DNA from: Asterias rubens
Lineage: Eukaryota
Direction of reading: 5' to 3'
Length of the DNA stretch: 64,000 nt
NCBI RefSeq assembly: GCF_902459465.1
Contig: NC_047066.1
Location: forward strand, 21,204,001 to 21,268,000
The position numbers and the translations under genes were made by a program. The notes under the pieces were generated by a model that was not told the DNA's origin, searched no databases, and worked only from the letters and a program-made list of their open reading frames with translations. Below are positions 1-13,700 of the stretch, one piece after another (position 1 is the stretch's first letter; the number at the start of each line of letters is the position of its first letter).

Positions 1-3000
1 TGGAATGTCAACATGCAACAGCAGTCTGTTACATGCAGGGATGATCCTCATTTCAACCTACATGTAACAACAGTTTGGATGCAGCCATAATGTAAAACTC
101 AAGACACTTTACTATTAGGTTTGTAGTTGAACCTTGCGGCGCTGACAATCACTCCCAATGCATACATGTTCTCCCCTCCAACAGGCCTCAGCATATGCAG
201 GAGCATCTTGCGGGAATATAAAGATCGAACGACAGAAAGACAGGGGGATTTGTGACGTCTTTAGAGATCAGGAATAATTACTTGTAGGTGTGGTGTGTTA
301 TGTCTACTACACTTTGAAGATGCAGTTAACATCCAAGGAAAGAAAATCACATGAGAAAATTAATTATCAAACAGACAATCTTTGCCAATCTTAAAGGGAA
401 GGTACATGTACATGTACATGTATCTGTTTACTTCTCACTCTTAAAATAAATGGCAATAGAAACGTTTTTTTTTTTTAGTTAAACGTCTGCAGCAGCTTTT
501 AATAGTATAATTTTGTAAAGCATTCTGAGAAACATTTCACTTTGAAGTAATATGACTACATGTACACATGTACATGTACATGTACATGTATGTAAAAAAA
601 AATTAAAATCAGTTTTTATGCCCCGAAATACAAATCTGAGAAACACTTTTCAGATTGTGTTAGATTGTGCTGGAGATTATTTTTCCTGCATCGAACACAA
701 CTTTTCATAGTGCTTTGCCAAGCTTTAAAGTTGAGGGTTAAGTTAAATCAACACCGATTCTCAATCAATTGTGGACATTACTAAATCTGTTTGAACGAAT
801 GGTTCTTTTTGTACAGCCTCCGGCACTGTACTATACATTGAAAGTCGTCTCATTCAAAAACAGTTTTCTTACTTCAGTACCGTCAGATTTACTTAATGAC
901 AAATAGTATTTAACCTTTTTTGAGGACAAGGTCAGTGGTGATAATTAGTGTATTTGCGTAAGGGGGGTTGTTTGCCTCATTGCTTTGGCCCCGAGGGCAG
1001 GAAATATCAACCTATGGGGTGGTTTTTCTTTTGACGTTATGGATGAAACGACACAGTGAAAGGTATTCATTGTGTATTTGAGCTTCTAAATAAAGTTCAA
1101 TACGTTGTGACATTTTATTGCAGTGATTTAAAGGCAGGGAATGCACCTACGTACACAAATGTACATGTACATGTAATAACAAAATTGTATACGATTTCTG
1201 ATGGACAAAAATTGTATTGGAGGCCAATACACAGACACCATGGCACAGATGAAGTGTACAATGTACTATTCTTGTAAAACATGTAGACATTTTATATTAC
1301 ATGTAAACTACAACTGAAGCTCCGAATCACACACACAAATTTCTTCTGACTTCTGTACAAATATGGAAATTCCACAATCACTGAAGAAGAACCGTAAATT
1401 TGTGAAAAAATGCCAGGAATGTAAACCTGCATGGAACTAATCTACATTTGTAAAAAAGAAATACCAATTGCTCTAAGTGTGTTTTGTCCTGTCCATGTCA
1501 CTATTTTGACAGGCCAGCGTCCGCAAGCTTCATATTCCAGAGTCCAGTATTATTTACAAACAAAATCCTGAGTAGGATTTTGTATAACTCTTTTATTTGC
1601 TGGGCTTTTTTAAGTGGACAGTGGCAAAAGCAAACACTACTTCTGGGGGTCCGTGAGGCTTTGCAAAAGTTTTTTTTCCCTATAGGGCATTTTGGATGCG
1701 CACAAACAAAGACCACTGTCAAAAAGAGCAGTGAGACAACCACGCACATCCTGTCCAAATTTAAGGTCATGGATACATCGTATACACAAACAATTGGAAT
1801 TTATACTATAATTGGGTTCCTTTGTTTGTATTTGATAACGAGACCAAACCCACAATGTTTGGGAAGTTTTCATTCGTTTAAAAGCAAATGTTGACAAATA
1901 CAGCCTTCCTTTGCAACAAATAATAAATTAATAAAATCAACGGGTGAATCAATTAATAAACACTAAATTTGTGAACTTGTTCTTCTATTTCGAATGGTGT
2001 CCTTGGTCAATTGTTACTCAACCACAAGTTTTACTGCATGTTGTACACCATGATGGGTACTTGCTTTGAAGATTGTTCTTTAGAACTTGTCTTGCTTTTT
2101 TATTCTACTGCCCCAGTGTTTCAGAATTTCAGAGACATTTTAATTAGTTCTAAGAAGAACTGTCCTGCTTATTAAGTGCTACCTGGGGAGGTAGCAAATT
2201 AGCAACTCCGCCAGGACTACTTTCGCTTTGTTGATTGAGGGGACTTCTTGTTATTAACTTCACTGCCACAGAGTGAGTTATTTTCTAATTGGACTTTTCA
2301 AGTCTTACATTACACACAACTTTTTCATCTGAGCTAAAAGTAAAAAGAACAACTTGGGGATCTAAATATTTTCCTTAGAAAATCAATCACTAATAACCTG
2401 CTTTAAAACCATTTGCATGCAGCTCATTTTGGTTTCTTAAATATTTGTATTTAAATTTGGCTTTTTTATGTTCATAATTTTGCTCTTTAAATTTCAAATA
2501 ACTTGTCTGATACAGCAGGGGGTACAGAACAACAGCAAAAAACACAAAAAGGAACAGAAACCACTCCACAAAAACCACAAAATACATGACCAAGCACAAC
2601 GAAACTGAGAGTACATTGTCGTACAGTACACCTAGTACACGTACATGTATCATTTCTAACTGCCTTTCCAACATTCTATCTTCTCTGTAATTTTACTGTA
2701 ACATCCGATGTACACAGATTGTGTCATTGCCAATTGCCTTCATGCATTCAACGTAATGTCATGTTCAAAACATGTAACCAAAAGTTGGCAGATGGTTTGC
2801 CATTTATTAACCTTTTCCTCTTGACCCTAAATCAATAGAACTACGATTCCACAAACCCAATTTCTTTAAGTATCGTTCTTGGAAGGGGGTATTGGATCAG
2901 GTTTACCAGTGATTTGCTCAATCTCTCGAAACAAAAACAAGAGTTTTGTCACCGATGAAGAATCTGTAATTTTTGTGAAAAACCGTAGTTTGACTGCTAA

Positions 3001-4222
3001 TACACTGACACACAGTCTGACAGTACTAGAAGTATAACTTGTGGAAAAATCCTAACTTCAACTTAGAAAACATTCCGAACATAAACCCTACCACAGGCCT
3101 GTCTCTATAGTCTGAGAATTCATATTTTTAAGCAATAACTTGTATTGTGACTAAGCAAGTCTTCCACCTGGGCAAAACCTCATGTTAAACAGATAATACT
3201 AAGCAATATTTTGTCTGTGCTTAGCGAGTTTTGTGCTTGCTTACAGGCTTTATGAAATTGGGTCCAGATGTATTTACTACTAGCAATATGGCTTATTGGT
3301 TGAATGCCTTCTTGTAAGAATTCCCCTTAGAGAAAATGGTCAATGCTTTCATAAGATACACTCCTGGCGTCTGAAAGTGCACACCCCGATGAGCAAACCA
3401 CTCTCTAGCCCCAGCGAGTGGTGTCCATAATAAAACCAAATTGTCAAAGTATTAATTTCCATCTACACAATGCCAAATTTGCAGGTAATATTACACTGTG
3501 TACTTTGGTTGGATGGGTTTTCAAGCAGATATTAAAACACCATATGACTGGTGGTTTTGGACACGCTTGGGGTAAGAGAAGGGCATCAGTTATCAATCAT
3601 CTAGAGAATGTATGGGTGGAATATGAATTTGTCTTCCATGAAATTAAATCTTTGTTTTTGTGATCTACTGGTGATGTTTAGCCTGCAATCTGTCTGTTTT
3701 AGTAGTCAGCCGCTAGTCTGTCTGTCAGTCAGGGTGTTTGTTTGTCTTCATCCGGAGCTGTTTATTTAGAGAGTTACGTCAACTTGCGATGAGAAGCCAT
3801 TGTCTGTCCCATAAATGCATGCGCGAATGTGGTGCCAGACGAAACTGCTCATTGAGTTATGAGTGCATTTGGACTAAAAATGGCATCCAGCAATCAGAAA
3901 ACTGGTCCCGCCATGTCACAACTCTCTCAATACACAGCTCTTATGTCTTTGTCTTGTAGAATCTGCTATAAATGTTGTTTAATGGCCAACACTTAATCTT
4001 TAGATTGTACACCAAAATTCATGCATGCAATAAATGCATCCTATAAAACAAGAGTTTGAAAATTGAAACCATACACAAACAATATGTTGCAATAAACAAA
4101 AGGCGACATTTAAACCTGTGTTTGTTTCAATTGTCTGAACACATTCAACAACAGGTTTATCAATCAAAATAAGCTGTATTATTTTTCAACAAACATGAAA
4201 TTAAAACAAAGAGTGGACTCAC

Positions 4223-5203
4223 CCTTTCATGAAGTGAGATGAGCACTGCATATTCCAGCATGACCTGAGGTGGAGGTTCTTGTTCCTGTTCAGGCGTGTC
4301 TGTACTTGCATACCCATCAGATCCACGGCCCAGGGTCTGATTCATGTGGTGTTGATGCATGGGTTTTGGAAGCCGAGATCGGCTCACTTTCCGAGTTCGT
4401 ACCGGGACGGCTGGAGCACTGCTTTGAGTATCATTCAAGCTTGTCAGATCAGGCGAGTCTGATCTTTGAGAGTCCATCTCATGGTCCGCGTCAGAGCCCG
4501 ATTCAAGCTCTCGATCAACGTCTGTTGTGGTGGCAGAGCTGGTGGGAGAAGCTGGCTCAATTGAAGGCTCTGAATCTGGCTCGGATTGGGTGCTTAACTG
4601 TGAGTTTAACGCCATTAAACCAGCGTTAATCTCACGTTCAATGTCCTCCTCAAACTGCACCAAGAGAGGGACGGGCATCCCCACCTTGCCCCCTCGTCGT
4701 GCCACCTCAAGAAGGCACAGAATGAAACTCCTCTCGTTCTTCCTGAGAACAAGATCATCTGACTCGAAGAGAAGAACATCTTTGATGTTAAGAGAGTGAC
4801 GACACCAAGAGATGAAGTTACTTATGTTGTCCCTCGCATTGAAAGATCCTTCCTTAGCGTCAACTCTAAATTTGATGTCATTGTCATTAATAACCATGTC
4901 CTTTTCGTTAAGTCCATGCATTTGCCGATACTCGATGGCAACTCTTCGCATGTTGTTGGCATGCTGGCAGAGAACCGAGCCATTCTCAAGCTTCTCGTAA
5001 AAGTTCTCAGGGATGATGTCAATGGTGTAGAGATTATTAAGCCACTCTGCAAGGTCCTCCACCATCGCATAGAGGTACTCATCTTGTGTTTTGAATGGTT
5101 TGATGTTAGTCGCTTCCCATTTGGTCTCATAGCGAGAGTCATAAGGATCTTCAAAGTCGGGAGTGCGTGAGCCATCCCGACCAAGACGCTGAAGTGAGTT
5201 CAT
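4223..5203 (-). CDS. GAS2L: GAS2-family (growth-arrest-specific 2-like) protein, first coding exon: calponin-homology domain plus Ser/Pro/acidic linker. The gene continues leftward, and the GAR-domain exons were not found in the window.
   Basis: ORF 4160..5203 contains EDLAEWLNNLY...LENGSVLCQHAN...FNARDNISNFISWCR...LFESDDLVLRKNERSFILCLLEVARRG, which matches the GAS2-type CH domain. A donor (AGG|gtgagt) follows ...SLHER at 4223/4222, giving 981 nt in phase 0. A candidate acceptor lies just upstream of the ATG (~5237). Confidence 0.8.
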
Positions 5204-7164
5204 TCTTCAAAAGTTAAACTCAGAGACGTCCTAGACCTGCTATGTTTAAGGAGATTCTTCTAACAACTTAACTTCAGAACCACGTTCACTTAATCCTTCA
5301 CAGATATTCCCTTAGATGGCTTGTGCACACTCCTTAAGATTTGGGTTTCCAAATTTTGTATAGATTGATTGGCTTTGTTACTTGGTATACAGCTTAGTAA
5401 TTGAAGCTGTCCACTCATGGTTGAAGACACACCTTGGTGCTGATCATAAGTTGAACAGCAGACTTACATTACACACATCATAGGCCTCTTCAATAATTCA
5501 TCTCACGAGCAATGACACTGGAAAACCCATAGAATCATCCAAACGTGTGAATGCTATCCATAAAAGCTGAAGTGAAGTCTCCACAACAAAAGGATTCGAC
5601 AAAGTGCCAAGGTGGATGAGCAGAAATCTAATTAGAAGCTGTGAGACCAAAATGTGATGCACACAAACAAAATCAATCGACTGGACAAAACCTTCCAATA
5701 ATGGTGTTTCCTACAGATGCCAAGCATGGACCCACAGGGGTGCTCAATGAATGGGTGTTGTTGATCACAGGTTTTCTATGCAGTGTGAAGATGCACCCAC
5801 CAAACAAAAAAGGTATCCACATGTGGTCAAGTGGGTACAAACAGGGTCATAGAGAACATCCAATAAGACCCAGAGGTTGTCTTGGTGAGCTTTTATCCTA
5901 ACTTGGAGAGGTATGTGGAGGGGTTTATGTCAACTCTAACTGCGCCATATTAGCCACGTAACCTATGGATCAAAAACCAATAACCAATTAATGCCTGAAA
6001 TCGATATCGGGTTGGGTTGACTCTACAAATAAAACTTGAAAGCTACCTTTGTACTCAAATTGATAGATTTGGAGATATCTGTAAATTTAAATAAATTGTT
6101 TACCAATACCCAAAACTGTAACCATGAGATTATGAGGGTCACCACAGTTTGAAGTGGAAAGTACACTTGTCAGGAATAACAGTTTGATACATATCAGTCA
6201 GACCTTTAATGCTTTACATTGTACACTATACATACGTACATGTAGGCTCTACGTTGTCATCTCAAACAAATGCAATAAGTTCTTTCTACATCCTTTCAAA
6301 ACTAAGTGATTCCACTCGTCTCATGTTTTAAGGAGCAGGCAGTTGGCAGCTGATTTATTAGTTTGCCAACTGCCAACGTATTCACAGATCTTTAGCTATT
6401 TCACTCTCCTGTTATGAACTTGTTGGGCAGGCAGTAAGCAGTTTGTGTGTTTTCCAATTGGCAACTCTTCCACTGAACTTAGCAATTCCACTCTCATATT
6501 TTGAACTTTTGAGGGCGGGGAGTCGGTGATGTCATTAAAACAGTAAATGATTGGATCCTCATTAGATTTTGCCGACGCCAAGGTAGGGGTACAGCCCTTC
6601 CTAACAGATTATGTTCACTCCCTGTGACTGAACTAACATCCTATACCGGCACAGGGAGACACTGTGGTCCGATTCAGTCAATTTGAATCATCATTCATCA
6701 CAATGAATCATTATTAAGAAAACAAGCTTGAAAGAAACCATTAAAGCAATATCAAACTTCAAAATAACCCACGGCATCCACAGCAATTGTGGTGCCCGCG
6801 GTTTTGCTGTGGTGCCCTTTGAAAAGTTCCAATACAAATTTAAACTGTCCTCGTAGAAGTGCCCCTTACCGGAGGAAAATTGTTGTGCCCCTTCAAATTC
6901 AAGGCCTGCTTGCAGATTGTACAACATGTATGACATTGGGCTTTACAACTTATTTTAGGCATTTTTTTATGTATCAAGAAAACCACAAGTGAAACTGACT
7001 GAATGGCTAAATGTTAAAAGATATGGGGTTGAACATAGACAAGTTTACTAGAGCGGGACTTGAACCAAGGACCTCCGGCTTAGCAAGCCAGACTTTTTAT
7101 CCTGTGACATTTTATGTAGCCTGTCATAGATTGGATTTTGTCAACGTAATGCAGATATTCCTTT

Positions 7165-7290
7165 TGTTTTTTTACCCATTACACCAATTTGTGTTAGCAC
7201 TGTATACATGTACTCCCGAGTTCTGTGAAAAAAATCAAAGGCATATTACTCGGATGGGATTCGAACCTACGCCACAACCTTTGCAGATAT
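7165..7290 (-). mobile_element. tRNA-derived SINE, 5'-truncated, same family
   Basis: Same 3' body (ACAGAACTCGGGA...GGGTAAAA) and B box on the minus strand. Confidence 0.55.
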
Positions 7291-8020
7291 GTAGGCAAAT
7301 CTATAAAGGAAACTACTGTTAAGCCAATGTGAGAGTTTCGGCTGAATACAGTCTGAGTGACTGAAAAAAAAAGAGGAAAAAAACGTCATTGCATTTTCAC
7401 AAGAACTTTGAAGTTGGTTGGGGTTGGAGGAGGAATTGGCTTAGAGTTCAAATCCAGGGAACGAAACCACAGCTACCGGATTCTACTAAATCAGGAAGGA
7501 TATCACACTACGAATGGGAAAGGTCTGACCTGACCTCCCATTGCACAGTGTACAACAGCCATCAGGAAATGAGCAAAACCAATCTATAGTCAAATCATTC
7601 CAAAGTGAGTTAATGATAACAATCATGTGTTGATAAGGTTCTCATGCCTTCACTTTTTAAGATCACGTACATGGCAATTTCGCTCATATCCTTTTAATAA
7701 AGCCAGTTATGTTATTTCTTATTTTATTTGTGTCACCAAAACACTGATCAGGTAAATTTTCTCTTCATCTTGGAATTATCCTATTGGACAAATTTATTAA
7801 ATTTACCTATTTTTCAGTCTTAAAGGTAGTGAGATCTAAAAAGCCAGCAAATTTTGAGTGGCTCTTTCCCCCTTGAAAAAAAGAAGGAAAAAACGCCTCA
7901 TCCATCCTCTCCTTTAGAACAAAACAGAACAAAGCCTTTGAACTTAAACTTGCACATTAAAAATTATAATTTTTAATTAGTCTTGATTGTTTTCTCTTTA
8001 ATAGACAGTAAATGAAAACT

Positions 8021-8398
8021 TTGCCTTGGATCGGTCGAGTTGGTCTTTGAAAAGCGTTTGTAACCGTTTGTTATGAAATGCATTGGTTAGAAAGATGTTT
8101 TTAAAGTAGAATACAATGATCCACACAAATTTGCCTCGAAATTGCGTGGTTTTCCTTAATACTTTGCGAACTAACAGGGTCGGCCATTTATGGGAGTCAA
8201 AAATTTGACTCCCATAAATGGCCGACCGTGTTTGTCGAAGAGGTAAAAGGAAAACCACGCCATTTCGAGCGATACTTGTGTGGATCATTATACTCTACTT
8301 TTAAAATATCTTTCTAATCATACATGCATTTTATAACAAACGGTTACAAACGCTTTTCAAAGACCAACTCGATGATCCAAGGCAACATGTTCCTTTAA
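8021..8398. mobile_element. MITE family B copy lacking ~10 nt of its left TIR, flanked by ~64-bp direct repeats
   Basis: Homologous to 52030-52431. The direct repeats are 7957-8020 and 8395-8462. Confidence 0.8.
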
Positions 8399-8973
8399 AA
8401 ATTATAATTCTTAATTAGTCTTGATTGTTTTCTCTTTAATTAATAGACAGTAAATGAAAACTGTTCAAACATAATTATTTCGATTACATGTGTAAGCATA
8501 CGCCTATAAATAAATGTACTTTATTAAAAGTCTTATAGTTCTCGAGTGTCACAATTTATGGGTCTAACAAAAACAATAACATACACAGTTACCAATACCA
8601 TACTACAGTACATCAGAGTTCTATAGTTTTAACCATTCAGCAGGCCCAGGTTTTTACTTTTGGGGCGTTTTTTTTTTTTTTTTTTTTTTGCTATTTAAAG
8701 TATCTAATAACTAGCATTGAGCAAGATACACACCACACATACTGTCACATTTGTTTGCTATTTAAAGTATCTAATAACTAGCATTGAGCAAGATACACAC
8801 CACACACACTGTAACAATGTGACATTCAAACCAAGAAAAGGAATACAATCTTTGTACAGTAAACATTTGTGCCACTTGGCCATGGTACGGTACGTACAGT
8901 GGGCTATAACACAGTCAGTATGTAAACAGTGTAACGTGTTTCTGTACACAAATAAAATCTGAAGTCAACTCAC

Positions 8974-9660
8974 CTTTTTCGGATTATAAACCGCCGTTCA
9001 AGGCATGTTCCTTACGTTGTCGTTTCAGCAAACTTGGCCGTCTTCATCTTCATATCCTCTCACAAGTTGCCACCTCTTCTCGGCCCCAATTACATGATGA
9101 AAAGCTGAGGTTTTACGACTTTTACGATACTATTTTGCGTAAGCTCTAGACCGGCCGTACTGATTTACGCATGGGTGCTTGCTGTGTGTTGTGTGTGTGC
9201 GTGTGCGTTCGATCGAGTGTACCCAGTTTAGACTAGCCAGACTAGTCCGGCCAACGTGATAGACTAATAACAAGAGAGAGGGCGGCATACACAAAATTGC
9301 TGCAACCTTTTGCTCGGATTTGTGTGAAGTTGTTGTGTGATTTTCTATCGTATGCCCACCACTTGCCTTTGAAGCGGATATTTCGTTGAGCAACGTTTAG
9401 TACAATGATTGAGCTACTTTACTTCGCTCAATGATGGTCATGCCACTACGCGAAACTGTCTTTCATCTGCTGCCAAAAAAAAACAAAAAACAAAAAAACA
9501 CACATTGCATATTATGACGTCATTAGAGTAGGGCGCCCTCGTCGCGAAGAGGTCAAAATGAGTTTGCTCATAGGCCAATATTATGTGCGCCGCGCGTACA
9601 AATCTGTGCATTTCGTTTGATGACGTCGGCTATATAACAGCGCCCTCTCCCGAACAGTAG
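8974..9660 (-). promoter_or_regulatory. CpG-rich promoter-like region with a candidate non-coding first exon of the GAS2-like gene
   Basis: Minus-strand donor AAAG|gtgagt at 8974/8973; local CpG enrichment; CRE palindrome TGACGTCA near 9515; GGCCAAT near 9572; AGGGCGCCCT at 9530-9539 and AGCGCCCTCT at 9639-9648. The link to GAS2L is inference. Confidence 0.35.
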
Positions 9661-9722
9661 TCATGAAAACAACTGGTTGTTTATAATAGACAGTCTACCT
9701 TTAACCTGTTTGTTGTTGTTGG

Positions 9723-9935
9723 NNNNNNNNNNNNNNNNNNNNNNNNNNNNNNNNNNNNNNNNNNNNNNNNNNNNNNNNNNNNNNNNNNNNNNNNNNNNNN
9801 NNNNNNNNNNNNNNNNNNNNNNNNNNNNNNNNNNNNNNNNNNNNNNNNNNNNNNNNNNNNNNNNNNNNNNNNNNNNNNNNNNNNNNNNNNNNNNNNNNNN
9901 NNNNNNNNNNNNNNNNNNNNNNNNNNNNNNNNNNN
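9723..9935. other. Assembly gap (213 N)
   Basis: Run of N seen directly. Confidence 1.
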
Positions 9936-10773
9936 ATGGGGACGTGGCTCATGAAATGTAAATGCAACACCAATAATAATACAATATGCCGATACAACAA
10001 TTAAATGGGGTTTGCCAATCGCCATTTCAATGTCGAGACAATGTTCACTTTCCTTTTCAATGTTCTCTGTATACAAACAATAATGCACATGAAAAAGGGT
10101 CTACAACGTTTCAACAAATCGAAAGGGCTTAAAAGGGATACCCCAGTGCACTTTAAAAACCTAAAGTTCAAACGTTGACCGTGTTTGTGTCAGCCTGACC
10201 AGATATGGATCACGCCCCGCTCCAGGACTCAATAATTCCGGATTATTTCTGACCGGAAATTTTTAAAGTGTACAACAAAACAACTTCGAAATTAAAAGCT
10301 GCATGTAAGGTTGAAGAGACGATAGTCGATGGAATTCCGAAAACAACAAAAATTTCTTGAAGGCCAACAATATGAGCTGGTGGGTATTAAAGTACGGTAA
10401 ACCTTTCACGTCACAAAGTACTTAAACCACACGTCTAGGTGACAATCATTACAGCGTTTGTATGTATGAGTGGGTACTTGGAATTCGGCATATAAGCCTG
10501 CAAGCAAGCGCTTCTTTCACAGGCCACACGTCATCCGTTGGAGACTGCAAATGCTGGCTTTTGCTTTATTTAGTTATGTACATTCAATGTTTCAAACAAG
10601 CAAAATCCAAGTTTGAATCAAGTCGTGATATTGAACATTCGTTGATCGTGACGAGTTTTCATGTGAGACTTTAAGACAACAGTGAACGTGAAACCTTACC
10701 ATTGGAGAAGCTTGCATCTTGCTCGATCTATTGTTGCTGTGATGAATCTTTACTCACAATTATTGAAAGCATA

Positions 10774-13700
10774 ATGAGACAGTTTTGCTTCGGTTTGTTC
10801 CTGTATCTGCTAGTATGCACACTTCCAACGGGTAAGTAGGCAAATCTGCAATAAAAGTAAAGAATTCTCACTTAAATAAATAAATAATACACAATATGTA
10901 TCTTTCGTGAACGAAAAGCATTGGGGGGGGGGGACTTTAATATTTTACAATTTTGTTTAATCAATTACAGTCCTTAATATGTAAAACACTGAAATTCGTT
11001 TTGTTATTTTTACCGGAAAAAGATAGATTTGAACTTAAACGGCGATTCGAGAAAGACACAATCTGTATTTACTAGTCTAAAATTAAGTTTAAAAATAAAT
11101 ACAAATATATTTCACAAATCCTTTGAGGCATTAATTAACTCAAGTTCACCAGCCATGTGCAAACAATAATCAATTGTGACCCGCTCTGTGAAAATGAGTC
11201 AGATATAGGCAATTACAGGAATTGAGTTAAATGCATGGCTGGAAAGAACACATCGGCAGCAGTAATTTTTTTTTTTTTTAAGCTTTGGGGTTATCGCGTT
11301 GCGGAGTTACTCGCGTTTGAAATTAGCCACTACACCATTTTTATGAAAAACTAATTACAAGTAAAATGATATTTTAAACTACCATTGTGTGCTAAAGGAT
11401 ACAAATAAGACATAAAATAGACATAAGTATGATTGTTGTATTCATAGCTTTATTGCCTAAAAGTAAGTGTTCTAAAGGTAACCCATGCAACTTAAGATCT
11501 TAAAAAGAAAAGGGAAAAAAAACATTTTCCACATTAAACTGTCCATAACTTAATATTGCATTGGGCGACATGTGACTCATTTCACAGAGTGGGTCACAAT
11601 TAATATTCACGTCAATACATAGGCCCTGTCCATGGAATTCTAACGCGAAAAGTTTGATCTCTCTTTCGTTTTGAAAAAATAACTGTCCGTCAACATTCGT
11701 TAAAAAAAATCAAAAATACATAAACAGATTAATTAAAAAAATTAAAATTTAAAAAGAGCCAATTCGGCGAAAATCGGGCAGTGCAAGTTTAATGAAAAGT
11801 GTATTTAATTATTGATTTATTTCTTTTATTTACCCAGGGTGAGCCAAATCAGTAAAAATAACTGGTTCCCATTCGGGCCCTGCACAATAATTGTTAAGAA
11901 CAAACAAATATAATTTACATTATCAAAAAGTAAACATAAAATCACATTATAAAATTACAATATAAAAGTTGTAAACGTTTTTGTAGTTTTCAAAATGTAT
12001 GTGTGCTTGGATCGAGTGCTTTTATAAATGAATATGCAATGCTTTCTGTGTACATTTTTAATATTTTATCTTAAGATCACTTCTAGATGAGAGATCAGTG
12101 AGTTTTTCTTACAGAATGGATTTCCCAGGATAAACAAGAAATAAATAAATAAATAAAATCAACTCCTCGACAATAATTTGAGTGTACCTTAGAATTAAAT
12201 TTGAAAAACGAACAACGAAAGGAGTTATCTCTAAACAATAAACTGTGGTAGTAATGTTGGAAGCGCTTTGAGGTAGACATGGTTGATGAAGTGCTACATA
12301 AACCCGAGTATTATTGTTATATAAGCCTCAAGAGAAAACAATACTGGTACCGTTAGGTTTCACTACACTGTTTGTTATCGCATACGTTTTATTGTTCTTA
12401 ATTTATTCAACCTCTTCATCGTCCTTGTTTGTCGGTAATAAAAATATCACTCAAGGTTACATGAATCGCGTGAGCATTGGAGACGTTTCCAATTTTGTAT
12501 TTCACTATTCTGAAATCAAGTTGCCAAAGGAATAAAATAAAAAATACCACTTAAGTAACACGAATCGTGCGTGCATTGGAGACGTTTGCAATTTTGTGTT
12601 TCACTAATCTGAAATGAAGTTTTAAAAAAAAATTAAAAAAACTATTACAAATACATTAATATTTCACTTAATCATTTCATGAACTTAATTTAACTAACTC
12701 TAGCTCATCAGCCATGTATAAACAGTATTCAATTACACATTACATAGGCCTATGTTTTGTGCCCTCTCTATGGAATAATATTGCGCACATTATTTTGTGT
12801 CTGTCTTTCGTTTTGAAAAATTAATGTCCGTCAACATTCGTTAAAGAAATGAAAAATACACATAATAGGTTAATATCCAGACTTCTGAAGAAAATTGTTA
12901 AAAACTTTTACAAACAAAATTATAATATCTAACTTTATTTATAGGAACTATATAACGTTATTCACTTAATTTGTTTATTTTCAAAGGCACCGAGTCGAAG
13001 AAGAGCAACCGGTCAGCCCTTTTAGATAATCTGTTGGATGAGTACGGCCCAACATCTCTAAGACCGGTTCACAATTACTCCACGAAAGTCACCATACACT
13101 TCCGTCTCCTGATTACCCAAGTCATCGAGCTGGTATAGTTCCTTAAGATATTTTAATATTAATATCAGTTAAATGCAGTGGACACTATTGGTAATTACTC
13201 AAAATAATTATTAGCATAAAACCTTTCTTGGTGACAAGTAATGGGGAGAGGTTGGTGGTATAAAACATTGTGAGAAACAGCTCCCTCTGAAGTGCCATAG
13301 TTTTCGAGAAAGAAGTAATTTTCCACGAATTTGATTTCGAGACCTCAAGTTTAGAACTTGAGGTCTCGAAATCAACCATCTAAACGCACACAACTTCGTG
13401 TGACAAGGGTGTTTTCTTGTTTCATTATTATCTCGCAACTTTGATGACCGATTGAGCTCAAATTTTCACAGGTTTGTTATTTTATACACATGTTGAGATA
13501 CACCAACTGTGAAGGCTAGTCTTTGACAATTACCAATAGTGTCCACTGCCTTTAAATAAATAATAATAACTGTGTTTTTAAAGCGCCAAATTGCCAAAGG
13601 ATACAAGGCGCTGAAGAAAGAGGGGGAAGGGACAGAACAAAGACAAAAACGACCAGCTATGCCGAAGGAAAAGAGTGGGTTTTTAGAGCATGTTTGAAGG

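Noticed and set aside
405-600. TACATG tandem runs (also ~1160, ~2640, ~28945)
   Set aside because: Common simple repeat with no sign of function.
9677-10088. ORFs spanning the N gap
   Set aside because: Artefacts of translating Ns.
13185-13438. Recurrent short ORFs ([10 protein letters not shown]..., MRDNNETRK..., MCAFR...) seen several times
   Set aside because: They lie inside family-A MITE copies. The recurrence reflects the repeat, and there is no transposase similarity.
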